Shown here: in pieces, positions 47,645-59,694 of the stretch
Layout of the letters: every line of letters starts with the position of its first letter
How positions within the stretch are numbered: position 1 is the stretch's first letter
Assembly (NCBI GenBank): GCA_001600815.1
Contig: BCKZ01000001.1
Coordinates: 726,613 to 790,612, forward strand
Reading direction: 5' to 3'
Source of the DNA: Alloascoidea hylecoeti
Lineage: Eukaryota
DNA length: 64,000 nt
Notes under the pieces: model-generated
The model's input: the letters and a program-made list of their open reading frames with translations, nothing else
Told to the model about the DNA's origin: nothing
Databases searched by the model: none
Program-made: the position numbers and the translations under genes

Positions 47645-48706
47645 TTATAGAATTATACATTGAGTAGTCGCAGCATGACCACCATTTTTTAGAAGCTCTT
47701 CCACAACCTTTGGCGTTCGCGATATAATTTTTGAATAAAATTGTTGATCGATTTTTCCAAAAGACTTTTCAGTGTATAATTGAAGTTGATCCATTTCTGT
47801 TTTCTTGGATTCGAGAAATTTTATCAAGGCTGGCTCATCATACGAGATCAAACGCTTCCATTGGGTTGAGGTCTGGGTTGTATGCCGGCCATCATCATTT
47901 CAATCTCCTCTTCTCTAAACTAAGCCATCACATCGCCAGTTTTATGAATGAGCGAGTTAGCTTACATGGAGTGAGTGAGATGACCTTATTTCTGAAGTCC
48001 TAAATATTTAATCAGGTGATGTCTTAAACCTCTTTAAGTACATCCAAATATTTCTTACATTATTATCAAAAACGATAAATTAGGGTGGGTTGTTATCTCT
48101 TACGAAGCACCGAACCATCAGTCACAGTCTAACTCACAGACCCCTAGAGTTCCCTTTTGTACTTACAGGGGTACAGGGGGCAGAAACTATTTTTCTAAAG
48201 GTCACGAGTCACCCATTTGAAACTTCTGGAATTGCTGGCTCCATCGGACGAAATTATAATTTTAAGTTGTTCCTCCTCTACCCATACTGAGGGTGGTTTT
48301 CCCCATTTATTTCAGTGACTAATATGCTCCTCCTTCAGGGGGATCTTATTGACTTCACGGTGTCTCTTTAAATCGACTGAGCCCAGAGATGTATGGCATG
48401 TGTCTCTAGGCTGTTTTACGGAGATTGTTTTGCGATACTTGCTAGTGTTGAATCACGATCACCAATCTTTATGCGTGCTAAATGCCTTATAAACAGAGGT
48501 GTGTTAATTGGCTTTCTTCTACAAGTTTCCATCTTCCGAATAGCCTGGTGTTGACCGTTCAATCGTTTAAAGAACATGTACAATGCCTGACGCGACGCGT
48601 TTTTTTTTAAAAAAATCTCAAGAATAGAAAGACCAGAATTATTTCTCATGCTGTGCATTCTGATTTTTTTTGCCTCAGTGGAGCGTCGTTGGGTATGGTT
48701 GACCAT
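47645..48706 (-). pseudogene. Degraded Tc1/mariner (IS630-Tc1) transposase
   Basis: Across frameshifts and stops: an HTH-like N-terminus (GLSILEI....ASRQALY..FKR), then KIPLKEEHISH*NKW....W....LKIIISSD (first D region), KYLDVLKE, ANSLIHKTGDVMA*FREEEIEMM and the WPAYNPDLNPMEA signature (canonical WPxxSPDLNPIE). TIRs not identified. Confidence 0.8.
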
Positions 48707-49078
48707 TAGAAATATATTTATAAAAAGGAAAAATTTTATCTACAAAAAATAGGTGTTTAAAATCTACAACTTTTTTGGATTATTTTTACTAGGTATGTGT
48801 GATTTTAGTGTTATATAATTACTGACATCTTTTCTCTGTGAATTATGTTTGTCCTAGTTTGTATTGAGCTTGTATTTCTGTCGTTGAATCTCACTATTGA
48901 CATCTTATACATTTATCTTGTAAGCTGGATTTTCGAAAGTTCAGAACTATTTAAAATTGGATACAGGATTATATTTCCAAACTTTTAAAAAGTTGAAAGT
49001 TGAAAGTGGAGGAAAACAGGATGTGTAGACATTGTGTAGAGGTCATTTTTATTTTTATATTATATAGTTAAGCCAATA

Positions 49079-50233
49079 TTAAGCTATCTTTTTACTAGCG
49101 CTGACAAAACCAACACCTCTAACAATTAGCATTAAATCATCTTCACTATCTTCGCATTCTTGTAATATAATCTCAACATTAAGAATATCTTTAATATCTC
49201 TTACTAAATTAACAAATTTTTCATCAACTGATTTTTTACTTATTCTTATTCTACCAATATCTTCTCTACCAAGTATCATAAAAATTAAAGTCAATTGTAA
49301 TTGATTTTTACCAACCACCCCACTATTTTCTATTTCATTGAGTAATTTTTTGGCAACTAGAGTTCCAATATCTTCAGCTACAACACCTGGAGCGCTGACA
49401 CCTTCTGCAAAATAACACCAACCTTTTGAAGTTTCGGCAACAAGTGTTATACCAAAACCAGGACTTTTACCTGATTCTTCTCCACGTGCAACATCACTAT
49501 GAATCATTGTTTCAACTTTTGTCCAACGAAGAGTTGTTCTTGCTGCATCAATCATTCTATTGACTGCACTTGGACTAACACGAGTTGAGTATGCAATACC
49601 AAATATCTTATTAACTTTTGGAATTTCTGTTGCATGTAAAGTTTTTGGCGTTGCAATTAGATGTGGTAAAAATAAATGGACTTCTCCACCACCTAAAGGT
49701 GATGAACCTCTTTTAGACACTGCAATTTCTTGATTTAATATACCAAACTTTTCACATAATGGAAATAAAGAAGTTCTAATTGATTCAACACCAAGATCAA
49801 TACCATTTGTAGTTATACCACTAAATGATATTTTAAAAGGTCTTTTAGAAAATGGACCAAGGTATAATAATGGTTCAATAAAATATCCAATACCACGAGA
49901 TAAGGGACAGTTATGATTAATTGTACCACCAGTTATAATACCTGGCTCATATTTTATTGTTGTACCAGTATATGAAATATTAATTTTTGAACCGTTTGTC
50001 ACTGCCTCTAAGAGCCTTAGAAATGATATTTCATAATCTATATATAATATAATTAGTTGAAATAGTTAATAACTACCCGCAACAATATTTCCTTATAAAA
50101 ACTTACCTCGTACACCAGGATCTGTATCATCAGGCCGTATCCCCGATATTTTTATAGGTTTCCCCCATAGTGTAGAAAGAACCAATCGTAATCGAAAATT
50201 CTTTTGTGTTTTAAAAGAAATATATTCTGTCAT
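49079..50233 (-). CDS. RCL1: RNA 3'-terminal phosphate cyclase-like protein Rcl1, 2 exons
   Basis: Starts NFRLRLVLSTL.GKPIKI..IR....PG. Intron 50038-50106. Motifs YEISFLRLLEAVTNGS, KRGSSPLGGGEV and GKSPGFGITLVAET. Confidence 0.95.
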
Positions 50234-50380
50234 TATATTTGAATCTTTTCAAAATGAAAAATTTATTATACCCAATTTAAAAAAAAAAGTTCATGGCCGG
50301 GTAATATTTCCAGACCACATGACACACACAAAAGAGATTCACTTGTTCCTTTTCAGAAAACATTATCTTCGATTTAAATT

Positions 50381-51616
50381 ATGAATAATCAAAATAATCA
50401 AAACAACCAAAATAATCAAAGTAATCAAAATAATACAAAAAGAGTTCAATCATCACCGGATGATCTTAATAATCAAACGAAGCGATTAAAACCAAATTAT
50501 CCATCAGTTCCATTGCCATTGACACATCTTCCTCATCAACAGCAACCATTACAGGTTCCAAAATCAACAGGTCTTAATTTTTCGAAGCCAGTTGGATTTG
50601 TTAATTTTAACTCTAATCATTCATTAGCTCCAAACTCTACGAATAGTGGTGCACATCCAACTGCTAATCCTATTTCAATAACTTCATCACCATCAAATAA
50701 TAATAACAATAACAATAGTAGTTCAATCTCACAACCTGTTGATCCGGATTCACTTTCAGATGCTGTGTTTTCTGCTGGTGTTGATTTAAAAAAAGAAGAA
50801 TCATTATTATCACAAAGTTTAATAGTTCCAGGAAATGATTTACTTAAACGCAGTATTAATGGTAATTTCAATCACAATAACAATAATGGTAATTTCAATA
50901 ATCAATTAAATCGAAATAATAGTAATACTTATAATACTTATAATAATTTTAGTAATTTCAATAATTTCAATAATAATAATAATAAATTATTAATGAAACC
51001 TTTTTTAAATCATCAATTATTACAACAATTTGTACGAAAAATATCAAATGAAAATGCCATTAGACAACAATATGATACAGAAAAGGATTCAGAAACTTTA
51101 ACATTGATTTCAAATGCAGCTGAAGAATTCATTTCAAATATTTTAACAAGTTCAATTTTATATTCAAATCATAGAAAAAGATCAAGAAATGGACAAGGGT
51201 TTCGAAGTGATACCTCAAAGGTAATTCGAGAAATTGCAATCAAAAACAGAGCGAAAGAACAGGTTAGAATCGCTAGAAGAGTTGAATTAGGACTTGATAC
51301 TGCTGCAGAGGCAGAAGAAAGAAGAGCTGGTACAGATGTTCAACAACATCGAGCTACAAATGCGACAGCTGCGATGATGACTAGTGGTGGTAAAAAGAAA
51401 TATAGCTGGATGAAAGGAAGTGGTGGAGGTAGTGGTAACAGAACACCGATGAGAAATACACCTGTTTCAAGTTCAAGAAGCGATGGAGGAATACGTTACA
51501 GAGAAGCTAGAGAAGAAAGTGGATTGGTAATAAGAGATGTTTTGGCTGCTTTAGATACTCAGAGAATGGGAGTTGAAGAGGCAACAATTAAAGGTTATTC
51601 AAAGTTACGTGAGTAG
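50381..51616 (+). CDS. TAF4: TFIID subunit Taf4
   Basis: Motifs LSDAVFSAGVDLKKEESLL, a histone-fold region, QHRATNATAAMM..G.KKKYSWM and REAREE.GLVIRD.L.AL. Confidence 0.9.
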   Translation: MNNQNNQNNQNNQSNQNNTKRVQSSPDDLNNQTKRLKPNYPSVPLPLTHLPHQQQPLQVPKSTGLNFSKPVGFVNFNSNHSLAPNSTNSGAHPTANPISITSSPSNNNNNNNSSSISQPVDPDSLSDAVFSAGVDLKKEESLLSQSLIVPGNDLLKRSINGNFNHNNNNGNFNNQLNRNNSNTYNTYNNFSNFNNFNNNNNKLLMKPFLNHQLLQQFVRKISNENAIRQQYDTEKDSETLTLISNAAEEFISNILTSSILYSNHRKRSRNGQGFRSDTSKVIREIAIKNRAKEQVRIARRVELGLDTAAEAEERRAGTDVQQHRATNATAAMMTSGGKKKYSWMKGSGGGSGNRTPMRNTPVSSSRSDGGIRYREAREESGLVIRDVLAALDTQRMGVEEATIKGYSKLRE

Positions 51617-51660
51617 TTTGTGATTGATTGATTAATTATTGTTTATATATTTAATATGTA

Positions 51661-52962
51661 TTATTTTTTTGATTTCTTTTCTTTTGGTTTTATTGGAACG
51701 AGTCTTTCATTTTCACCCCAAACAAATTTTCGATCAGTAGTATTCATAAATTGTTTAACAACATCATCAGTAACTTTCTTTCTATTTCCTTGAAATTCAG
51801 CAACGAATTCTTTTAAAACCGAACTACATTCTTTCTTTAAATCTCCACTAAGTAATTCACCTGATTTATAAGAATCATATAACTTTTGTAACTTTTCATC
51901 ATCATCAAGGAAAAAGGAAAGGTATTGATATGATACATCGATATCGGGATTACCTCCCAATTTTCTATGCTCTTCAATTGTTGCCTTACCACCTGAAAAG
52001 GCATATTTATTGATTTTCTTTTCGACTTGTTTTGGAGTATCTGTCATGTAAATTGCACTTGTATCATTTGAAGCCGACATTTTTGTTGTAGCACCTTGTA
52101 AAGCAGGAAAGAATTTGGAATGTATTAAAGCTGGTTTTTTATATTTCAATTTTTGAGCAATATCTCTACATAGTCTGAAATATGGATCCTGATCAATTGC
52201 ACATGGTATGAGACATGGAATATCAGCAGCAGCTTTTCCTGTTCCAAAAATAAATGGGAAAGAGGTTGCAAAACCTGTTGAGATCTGAATTGAAGCAAAA
52301 TGTAATTTCCCAATACAATCACTATCTTTAAAACCAAAAATTGCCTTTGCGGTTGAAGTTGTTATTTGTCTTGAAGTCCGAACAACATTTGCATAAAATT
52401 CACCACCCATGAATTGTAAATCAGAAAAGATAAAAGTTTTCTTCAAATCAAATCCGCAAGCTATGATATCCTTTGCATTCTCAATTGTGAATTTTCGAAC
52501 ATCTTCGATTGATAATTTTGGTTTAAATAGGAATTTCTCATCATCAGTCAATTCAATGATTAAAGGAACGTCAAAAACATCTTGTAACCATTTGGTGAAT
52601 ACAAATGGAGCCATGTGTCCTAAATGCATACTATCAGAACTTGGGCCTCTACCAGTATATAAATAAAAAGGTTTCCCTTGTTCATAACGATCCAGAATCA
52701 TACTCAAGTCCCTTTCGGAGAAGAAAAGACCACGGCGTAAAAATCTGTGAGGTTCATGGCCAGTGACAGCTGTGAAACGAGATAACGTGTCTTGGGTGAT
52801 CTTCTTAGTACCAAACTGGGTAATCAGCTTATCATAATCAATTTCTTGAGATACACCATCAACGGTTGCTCCTTCAACTTCCCATGGAGTCACTTTTTGA
52901 TCCTGAGGAGTTCCGTTTTCAAGAGCCAGGTCCGCTGTTTTGTCGACAATTTCCTGAGACAT
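51661..52962 (-). CDS. WRS1: Cytosolic tryptophanyl-tRNA synthetase
   Basis: Motifs [42 protein letters not shown] and [11 protein letters not shown]. Confidence 0.98.
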   Translation of the reverse strand: MSQEIVDKTADLALENGTPQDQKVTPWEVEGATVDGVSQEIDYDKLITQFGTKKITQDTLSRFTAVTGHEPHRFLRRGLFFSERDLSMILDRYEQGKPFYLYTGRGPSSDSMHLGHMAPFVFTKWLQDVFDVPLIIELTDDEKFLFKPKLSIEDVRKFTIENAKDIIACGFDLKKTFIFSDLQFMGGEFYANVVRTSRQITTSTAKAIFGFKDSDCIGKLHFASIQISTGFATSFPFIFGTGKAAADIPCLIPCAIDQDPYFRLCRDIAQKLKYKKPALIHSKFFPALQGATTKMSASNDTSAIYMTDTPKQVEKKINKYAFSGGKATIEEHRKLGGNPDIDVSYQYLSFFLDDDEKLQKLYDSYKSGELLSGDLKKECSSVLKEFVAEFQGNRKKVTDDVVKQFMNTTDRKFVWGENERLVPIKPKEKKSKK

Positions 52963-53350
52963 TTCTGTTTCGTGTGGTTAAATTTGAGAGAAACAATTGA
53001 AAAATGGTGAGTCACTGTAGTTTAGGGCACGGCGTGTGTAACTGACGGAACGGAGGTTTGTGAAACCATAATTCTAAATTTTAAAGGACGTTTTGCTATT
53101 TTATTTAAAATACAAATTATTTGGAATATCAATATCCATAAAAAAATCAGTAAAATATCAAGAAAAAGATTATAATCGAGAAAAATATCACTGAAAATTA
53201 ATAAATATTAATAATAAAAATAAATAACAAAAATAAAATAAACATAAATAAAAATAAATAAAAAAATAAGGTAGTTGACGTAATTGCTCAACCCATCACC
53301 TCCATCCTTTTCTCCCTCTGAACTATTCTTGTCAACGACGGAAATCTTCT

Positions 53351-56300
53351 ATGAGTTCACGACAAGACCCCGAACTGGCTTTAGCTCTCCCCATTCCGAC
53401 ACAGCAATCCGAGGAATGGAAGGAAAGAGGTGCTGCAAAACTGGTAAAGTCGGAAACGATGCCGGATGGTACTGTTCGGACACGAGTCATTAAGAAATCT
53501 GTTGATGACTTTATATTCGGTCAAAGCCTTGGTGAAGGTTCTTATTCCACCGTCATTTTGGGATCTGATAAACACTCTTCAAAACAATATGCTATCAAGA
53601 TACTTGACAAACGACATATCATCAAGGAGAAAAAAGTTAAATATGTTAATATTGAAAAGGACACAATGAATAGATTGGGATCTCACCCTGGTATGATACA
53701 TTTATTCTATACTTTTCAAGACGAAAATAGTCTATATTTCGTTATAGACTACGCAGCAAATGGTGAATTATTATCCTTGATTAAAAAATATGGCTCCTTA
53801 AGTGAAGATTGTACGCGTTATTATGGTGTCCAAATATTAGATGCTATTAGATTTATGCATTCAAAAGGCATTATACACCGTGATTTAAAACCTGAAAATA
53901 TCTTATTAGACTCAAAATATAGAGTCAGAATAACAGATTTTGGTACTGCGAAGCTATTAACCGGTGATGAATGCACTCGTTTTGCTTCTAATGAGCAAGA
54001 AGACGTTCGAGCAAACTCTTTTGTTGGTACTGCTGAATATGTATCTCCTGAACTACTATCTGCAAAAGTTTGTGGAAGGAGTTGTGATATTTGGGCATAT
54101 GGCTGTATCATTTATCAGTTAATTGCTGGAAGACCTCCCTTCAAAGCAACCAATGAGTATCTAACCTTTCAAAAAATTGTATCTTTAAAATTCGCCTATC
54201 CACCTGGGTTCCCTCATTCTGTACGCAATTTAGTTAAAAAATTATTAGTTCTGAATCCAAAAAATCGTCTGACCATATCTCAAATTCAAAAGCACGAGTT
54301 TTATAAAAGTACAAATTGGAAGGATACAAAGGCAATATGGAATTCAACTCATCCAGAATTTAAACCTTTTGTGTCTTCAATTAATACCGTTTCTTATAAT
54401 TATAGTTATTCAAAAGGTGGCCTTAGTGTGGTTAAAACCACTTCTAAACCAAATGCGCCTGCTACTGCTGCTTTGTCTGCTTTATATCGTCCTCAATCAC
54501 AACCACAAAGACAGATGTCTCCAAAATCACGAACTCCAACTCCAAATGAATCCAAAAATACTCTACCAAGAGTCGCTTCAAGGTCTAAAAGTTCTCCAAT
54601 GTTAAGTAAAGTAACATCTGAAACAAATCAACCACCTTCAAGACGTGGTTCGAACAATAATGAAATCAATGAGTCTTCTTCAAAATCTAGAAACACATCT
54701 GCTGCCAACACGCCAGTGTTAAGACAATTATCTAATAATAATATGAATAAAATAAATACAACGACAAATACTCCAAATTCAATTTCAAGCAATGCTGACA
54801 CTCCAATAATGAGACGACAAAAGAGTGTTCCAATGGCTGGTGTAGCAGCAGCAACACAAGCCTTTTCAACGCAAGTATCGAATATTGCACCATCACCTGT
54901 ACCACCGGGTACAAAACATCATGAAGCTAGTAAACACAACAGGCATCAACAACAACAATTAAAACAAGCATTTTTACCCAATAGGAAACCTAGTGTTGTT
55001 ACAGCATCACAACAATTAAGTGATCCTTCAATACCACCCATGTCATCTTTAGATATTCAATGGTCAAATTTCTTAAAAACTGTTGATGAAAGAATTGCAA
55101 AAATTGGGTTTGTAAATATTACACTTACACATCATGAAGAAGAAATTTTCACTCAGACACCTTTATATTCAACAAATTTAAGTTCAAACATCTCATCATC
55201 ATATGCTGAAGAAGATCCACCACCAGTTAAATACAACAGAACAGATGAATATGAAAGATCAGAGATTGCTAAAAAAAAGCAAGCGAATAATGCCTTTGGT
55301 TTTGGAAAATATCGTGTAGGGAATAATAATAACAATGGTATTAATAATCTCGATAATAATAATATGCCTGTTCAATCACCAAGTAGATTGAAAAGATTGT
55401 TTGCCCCATTAAATAACAACAATAAAACCTCAACATTATTGAAAAAACGACGAAAAAAGGATAGAATTATGATTTTAACTACAACTGGTCGATTGTTGAT
55501 CATATCTCCTGAATTATCATTAATGCAATATCATTTAAATTCTCCAATCTTAAATTATTTAGGAACTTCTTTCCCTCCTTTACCACAAACATGTATTGAC
55601 GTTGAAATTGATGTTTTCACTTCAAAAGTTAAAATCACTAAACATTCCGATAATAATGCTGATAATAACTCTGAAAATAAAGATGGAAACAATAACCATT
55701 TAGATCCTTTTTCTATTACTTCACCATATGATACCTTTTCAATTGAAAATAGTCAATTTGAATTTAAACCAACTTCTGGTAACAGTGGATTATATGGAAA
55801 TGATTCTTGGTTAAAAATATTCAAAAAATTAAAGTTATTAAAAAATGATGAAGATATTACTAATGGTAATGATTTGGATCTTGAAAAAAAAAATTCAAAA
55901 AAGGAAAATGATAATGTTTTAAAAAATCAAAATAATTCAAGTAAGAATAATTCTTTGAAATTATCAGATAATATGACTAATAATTATGGTGAAGGAAGCT
56001 CCAGTGGAGCCACTTCAATCTCTACGACACCATTGATACCACAAACAAGCGTAAACTCCAATCTTACACCAACTCTAACTCCAACTGAAAAACTAAGAAA
56101 TGATCCGAATTTATACAGAACATTAGCCTCTACACACGTATCGTCAAATCTAAACACCAATCCAGTCCCACAACAGTCAAGTAATAGAGATCCTCGCCAA
56201 TTTGACTCTCTTGCAATGAAAGCAGCAAATAAAGCAAATAAAGCAACCAGGAAACCTCCTCCTCTTCCATTAGGTAATACAGAAAGTGAAGATATGATTA

Positions 56301-57367
56301 GTGGGGCATTTAAAACTTTAGGACTTCGAAATATATCTAAAGAAACTCCAAATAATATGACACATAATGATACTGAAAATATTAGGGGTTACCAAATTAG
56401 AGATAGGACAGAAAGAAGATCCTTTTATGAATATGGAAGTGTACCTAGAATGAATAATGCTCCAGTTATTTCTAGCGGTAATAACGTTGGATTGGGCATC
56501 AATCCACAGGACATTACTAGTAATTCGTTATCACCAGTAGATTATACGTCACCCACCGGGACCATTCAGATACCTGATAATGGAGATTACTTTCCAGATC
56601 AAGGTTTAAGAGTGGTTAATAGATCATCATCTATAATTTCGTCAGATGAAAGTATTAATAATCGTGCTCGTTATTCTCCAATAAGAAGAACTCCGCCAAT
56701 AAGACAATCGCCAACATTGAATGATCATGATACATTGCAAGGGAAGACATCTACTTCATCTTTAAAAAAAGATTATGAAATTAAACAGGGTACTTATATT
56801 AGACCAAATAGTCGACTAAGGGGTGATAATAGAACCATAAATCATTATAAACCACAAACGTCATCACAACAACAACAACATCGTCACTTTCATCATCAAC
56901 AACAATCACCACATATTCCCTTTCAATCACAGCCTCCTGCACTGGTACAACGTCATCAGACTCAAGTTCAACCTCATCGCCGTCATCAAAATCATAATCA
57001 CGACCATAAAAATCTAGTACCTGGTGATCAATACACGCCTGATTTAAGAGGCCATAGGCATAGTAGGACATTGTCTGGTTCGGCAACCGATGATTTTCTT
57101 AATTCTCTTGATTTTTCATCTGGAAGTTATAACAATAATAGCGACGATTATATAACCTCTGATTATGAAATAGGAACAAGTATTAGAGGAAATTACCCCT
57201 CGTATCATCATACTAACGTGGATAATAGTAACAGCAATAACGTTTTGAATAACTCAGGTCCAAGAAATGGTTATCATTTACCAAACAATCTTAATCATAC
57301 TAGGAATTCAAGATATATGGGAACACGTAACGATGGAGGTAGAACAGAAAGAAAAAGAGATTGGTGA
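53351..57367 (+). CDS. PDK1-like Ser/Thr kinase (Pkh1/Pkh2/Pkh3 family)
   Basis: Motifs LGEGSYSTV, YAIKILDKRHIIKEKKVKYVNIEK, HRDLKPENILL, DFGTAK and RANSFVGTAEYVSPELL, with a PH-like region and long low-complexity tail. Exact paralogue uncertain. Confidence 0.92.
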   Translation: MSSRQDPELALALPIPTQQSEEWKERGAAKLVKSETMPDGTVRTRVIKKSVDDFIFGQSLGEGSYSTVILGSDKHSSKQYAIKILDKRHIIKEKKVKYVNIEKDTMNRLGSHPGMIHLFYTFQDENSLYFVIDYAANGELLSLIKKYGSLSEDCTRYYGVQILDAIRFMHSKGIIHRDLKPENILLDSKYRVRITDFGTAKLLTGDECTRFASNEQEDVRANSFVGTAEYVSPELLSAKVCGRSCDIWAYGCIIYQLIAGRPPFKATNEYLTFQKIVSLKFAYPPGFPHSVRNLVKKLLVLNPKNRLTISQIQKHEFYKSTNWKDTKAIWNSTHPEFKPFVSSINTVSYNYSYSKGGLSVVKTTSKPNAPATAALSALYRPQSQPQRQMSPKSRTPTPNESKNTLPRVASRSKSSPMLSKVTSETNQPPSRRGSNNNEINESSSKSRNTSAANTPVLRQLSNNNMNKINTTTNTPNSISSNADTPIMRRQKSVPMAGVAAATQAFSTQVSNIAPSPVPPGTKHHEASKHNRHQQQQLKQAFLPNRKPSVVTASQQLSDPSIPPMSSLDIQWSNFLKTVDERIAKIGFVNITLTHHEEEIFTQTPLYSTNLSSNISSSYAEEDPPPVKYNRTDEYERSEIAKKKQANNAFGFGKYRVGNNNNNGINNLDNNNMPVQSPSRLKRLFAPLNNNNKTSTLLKKRRKKDRIMILTTTGRLLIISPELSLMQYHLNSPILNYLGTSFPPLPQTCIDVEIDVFTSKVKITKHSDNNADNNSENKDGNNNHLDPFSITSPYDTFSIENSQFEFKPTSGNSGLYGNDSWLKIFKKLKLLKNDEDITNGNDLDLEKKNSKKENDNVLKNQNNSSKNNSLKLSDNMTNNYGEGSSSGATSISTTPLIPQTSVNSNLTPTLTPTEKLRNDPNLYRTLASTHVSSNLNTNPVPQQSSNRDPRQFDSLAMKAANKANKATRKPPPLPLGNTESEDMISGAFKTLGLRNISKETPNNMTHNDTENIRGYQIRDRTERRSFYEYGSVPRMNNAPVISSGNNVGLGINPQDITSNSLSPVDYTSPTGTIQIPDNGDYFPDQGLRVVNRSSSIISSDESINNRARYSPIRRTPPIRQSPTLNDHDTLQGKTSTSSLKKDYEIKQGTYIRPNSRLRGDNRTINHYKPQTSSQQQQHRHFHHQQQSPHIPFQSQPPALVQRHQTQVQPHRRHQNHNHDHKNLVPGDQYTPDLRGHRHSRTLSGSATDDFLNSLDFSSGSYNNNSDDYITSDYEIGTSIRGNYPSYHHTNVDNSNSNNVLNNSGPRNGYHLPNNLNHTRNSRYMGTRNDGGRTERKRDW

Positions 57368-58707
57368 TAATGAGTATTACATATTTTTGTTTAACCAATT
57401 ACATTTATATTCTTGTTAACGTTGTATAAGCTTAAATCATCATGCTCACTATCTGTTCATTTTAACTAGATATTTCTATATAATTTTACACGTAACGTTA
57501 ACATCAAGATTCTAAGATTTTTTTTCTTTCTGCCTTTTTATATTAATAGCATTTACCATTATAAGACGTAATGCATATAATATGCATAATTACCCTCAGG
57601 CTCTATTAATAGCTTTATACTATCTACTTCCTTTTAATTAAAAAAACATTCAAATTATACGATTTTCATTATCTTTACCGAGAGGGAAATACTCGTTGAA
57701 GATGTCAAACATGTTAAATGTTGGTATAGGCTTATATAAATTTGGCATATATTACCATTACCATACGTTAACTATGAAAAGTTGTTTATACTGTTTCTGT
57801 TACTATGCATAGCACTGCATAATATTGCATATATACATAGTATAATTTTAAAGTTTGTAGGACAAACTGTTGGGATGCAGTTGTCTCAGGCCCCGTTTTA
57901 TCAATTAATATTATTATTTCTGCAGGGCTCACGATAAGTTTAGAGAATCTTAAATGTTTCTTTTTATGTTCTTTGAGTAGGCCGGGAAGGCTAGAAACAT
58001 TTAATTATAAGCTTAGCACTAACTAATATTAATGAGGTTGTTATAAGTAAGTAAATTTTATTTACCCTGCTTGAATTCTTGTGCCGACCGGGAGGTGAGG
58101 CTGTACCCTGGTTCTTTAATTATGATATTCATGCAGATGAGACGTTAACATGTAGGCATATACATAATCAAGGTGTTATATCGGGCTCTAGCCGTATTTA
58201 TCGGGCTCCACTATCGACATGAATATTGTTTTAGATTTTTTATCATCAAAAGATTTGGAACATCAACCTTGAAAAAATCTACAAATTTTATTCAGAAAAT
58301 AATGATAATACATAGAGCCCGAGGGCTATAACAATAGCGAACTACATAGATCAGAAAAATTATCACCTAGCCTTAAAACAAATTGCAAAGAATTATTGTT
58401 AAAATATAAGGCTATTTTACTAATATTAATCATTGCCTTCTTAAACATCTCTCTCCTTTCTATCTATATTATTTTTTAGTTTATATAAAATTTAATATAT
58501 AAAGGGAACTGAATCCTCTTAATTTCAATACTAATTATTAATACACTAGTACTTTTTAACTTTTAAACCTCAACAATACATTATTATTTATTCATTCATT
58601 CACTTGCATTTCATTTTAACACAACTTATACTTATTCATTCTTTTCATTTAATCTACAAAAAATCTTTATAATTGACCTCCTCGAATCATAAAATCAAAT
58701 CTTCATT

Positions 58708-59694
58708 ATGGCTTACATATTCTATATCTATACACCAAGTTTAGCTCTAAATGTAATTGGTGTGATATGTTTTATTGGTTTAGCAACTGTTCAGTTTATC
58801 CGACTTATTGTAAGCTATAGAAAATATTCAAAACATATTGATCAGGGAATCACAGAACAAATTTTAATGCGTATGAGAAACGAATCCAGAGAGTCAATGA
58901 ATTACAATGCTGAAGAAGGACGCAATTACACAAATGATGGCACTTATAATAGACTTACACGAAAAGATGTAAAAAAGCCAATGATGGGATACATTCGTTG
59001 TTTCATTCCAATGTTTATTGGTTATATCTTAGAAGCAGTTGGGTATATAGCTAGAATTGGCTCCCATTATGATAAAACAGCAAAAAATAATTACATCCTT
59101 CAATCCATGTTTATTTTACTTGCACCGGCTTTTTTTGCTGCTACAATTTACATGCTATTTGGTAGAATGGTTAGACTTTTAAGAAGTGCAGAATATTCAT
59201 TTATTCCTCTCAAATTTCTATCTCCTATATTTGTTACAGGCGATGTCATAAGTATATTTGTCCAGTCCAGTGGTGGTGGTTTATCTGCAAGTGGTAATGA
59301 ATTGGGTTCAAAGATTATTCTTTGTGGTCTTTTCGTTCAAATTATCACTTTCTCAATTTTCATGATTCTCGAAACTCGATATGTCTTTATGATGACCAAA
59401 AATCCAACAGATACAGCTATTGAAATGAGATATCATCCGAACAAATTGAATAACTGGCACCATTTAAATTGGATCATGATTGTAAGTTGCATTTTAATTA
59501 TGATTAGATCTATTTATAAGGTTATTGAATATATTCAAGGTAATACTGGCTATTTTATGAGGTATGAAGCCTACACCTTCATTTTTGATTGTATTCCTAT
59601 TATCTTCTGCTGCTCCTTATATGCTATATTCGCTCCAGTGGAGGTGTTTTATGCATTGACTATGTATGAACATAATGTCAAAAACTTCCCTTGA
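58708..59694 (+). CDS. RTA1/RSB1-family 7-TM protein
   Basis: Motifs Y.YTPS, E.VGYIARI, YILQS.FILLAPAFFAATIYM.FGR, IFVTGDVISIFVQSSGGGL and IRSIYKVIEYIQG..GY....E.Y.FIFD. Confidence 0.9.
   Translation: MAYIFYIYTPSLALNVIGVICFIGLATVQFIRLIVSYRKYSKHIDQGITEQILMRMRNESRESMNYNAEEGRNYTNDGTYNRLTRKDVKKPMMGYIRCFIPMFIGYILEAVGYIARIGSHYDKTAKNNYILQSMFILLAPAFFAATIYMLFGRMVRLLRSAEYSFIPLKFLSPIFVTGDVISIFVQSSGGGLSASGNELGSKIILCGLFVQIITFSIFMILETRYVFMMTKNPTDTAIEMRYHPNKLNNWHHLNWIMIVSCILIMIRSIYKVIEYIQGNTGYFMRYEAYTFIFDCIPIIFCCSLYAIFAPVEVFYALTMYEHNVKNFP

Noticed and set aside
47520..48860. Candidate TIRs for the Tc1 fossil (about 47520-47610 vs 48780-48860)
   Set aside because: Only scattered short matches in AT-rich DNA; no definable termini or TA duplication.
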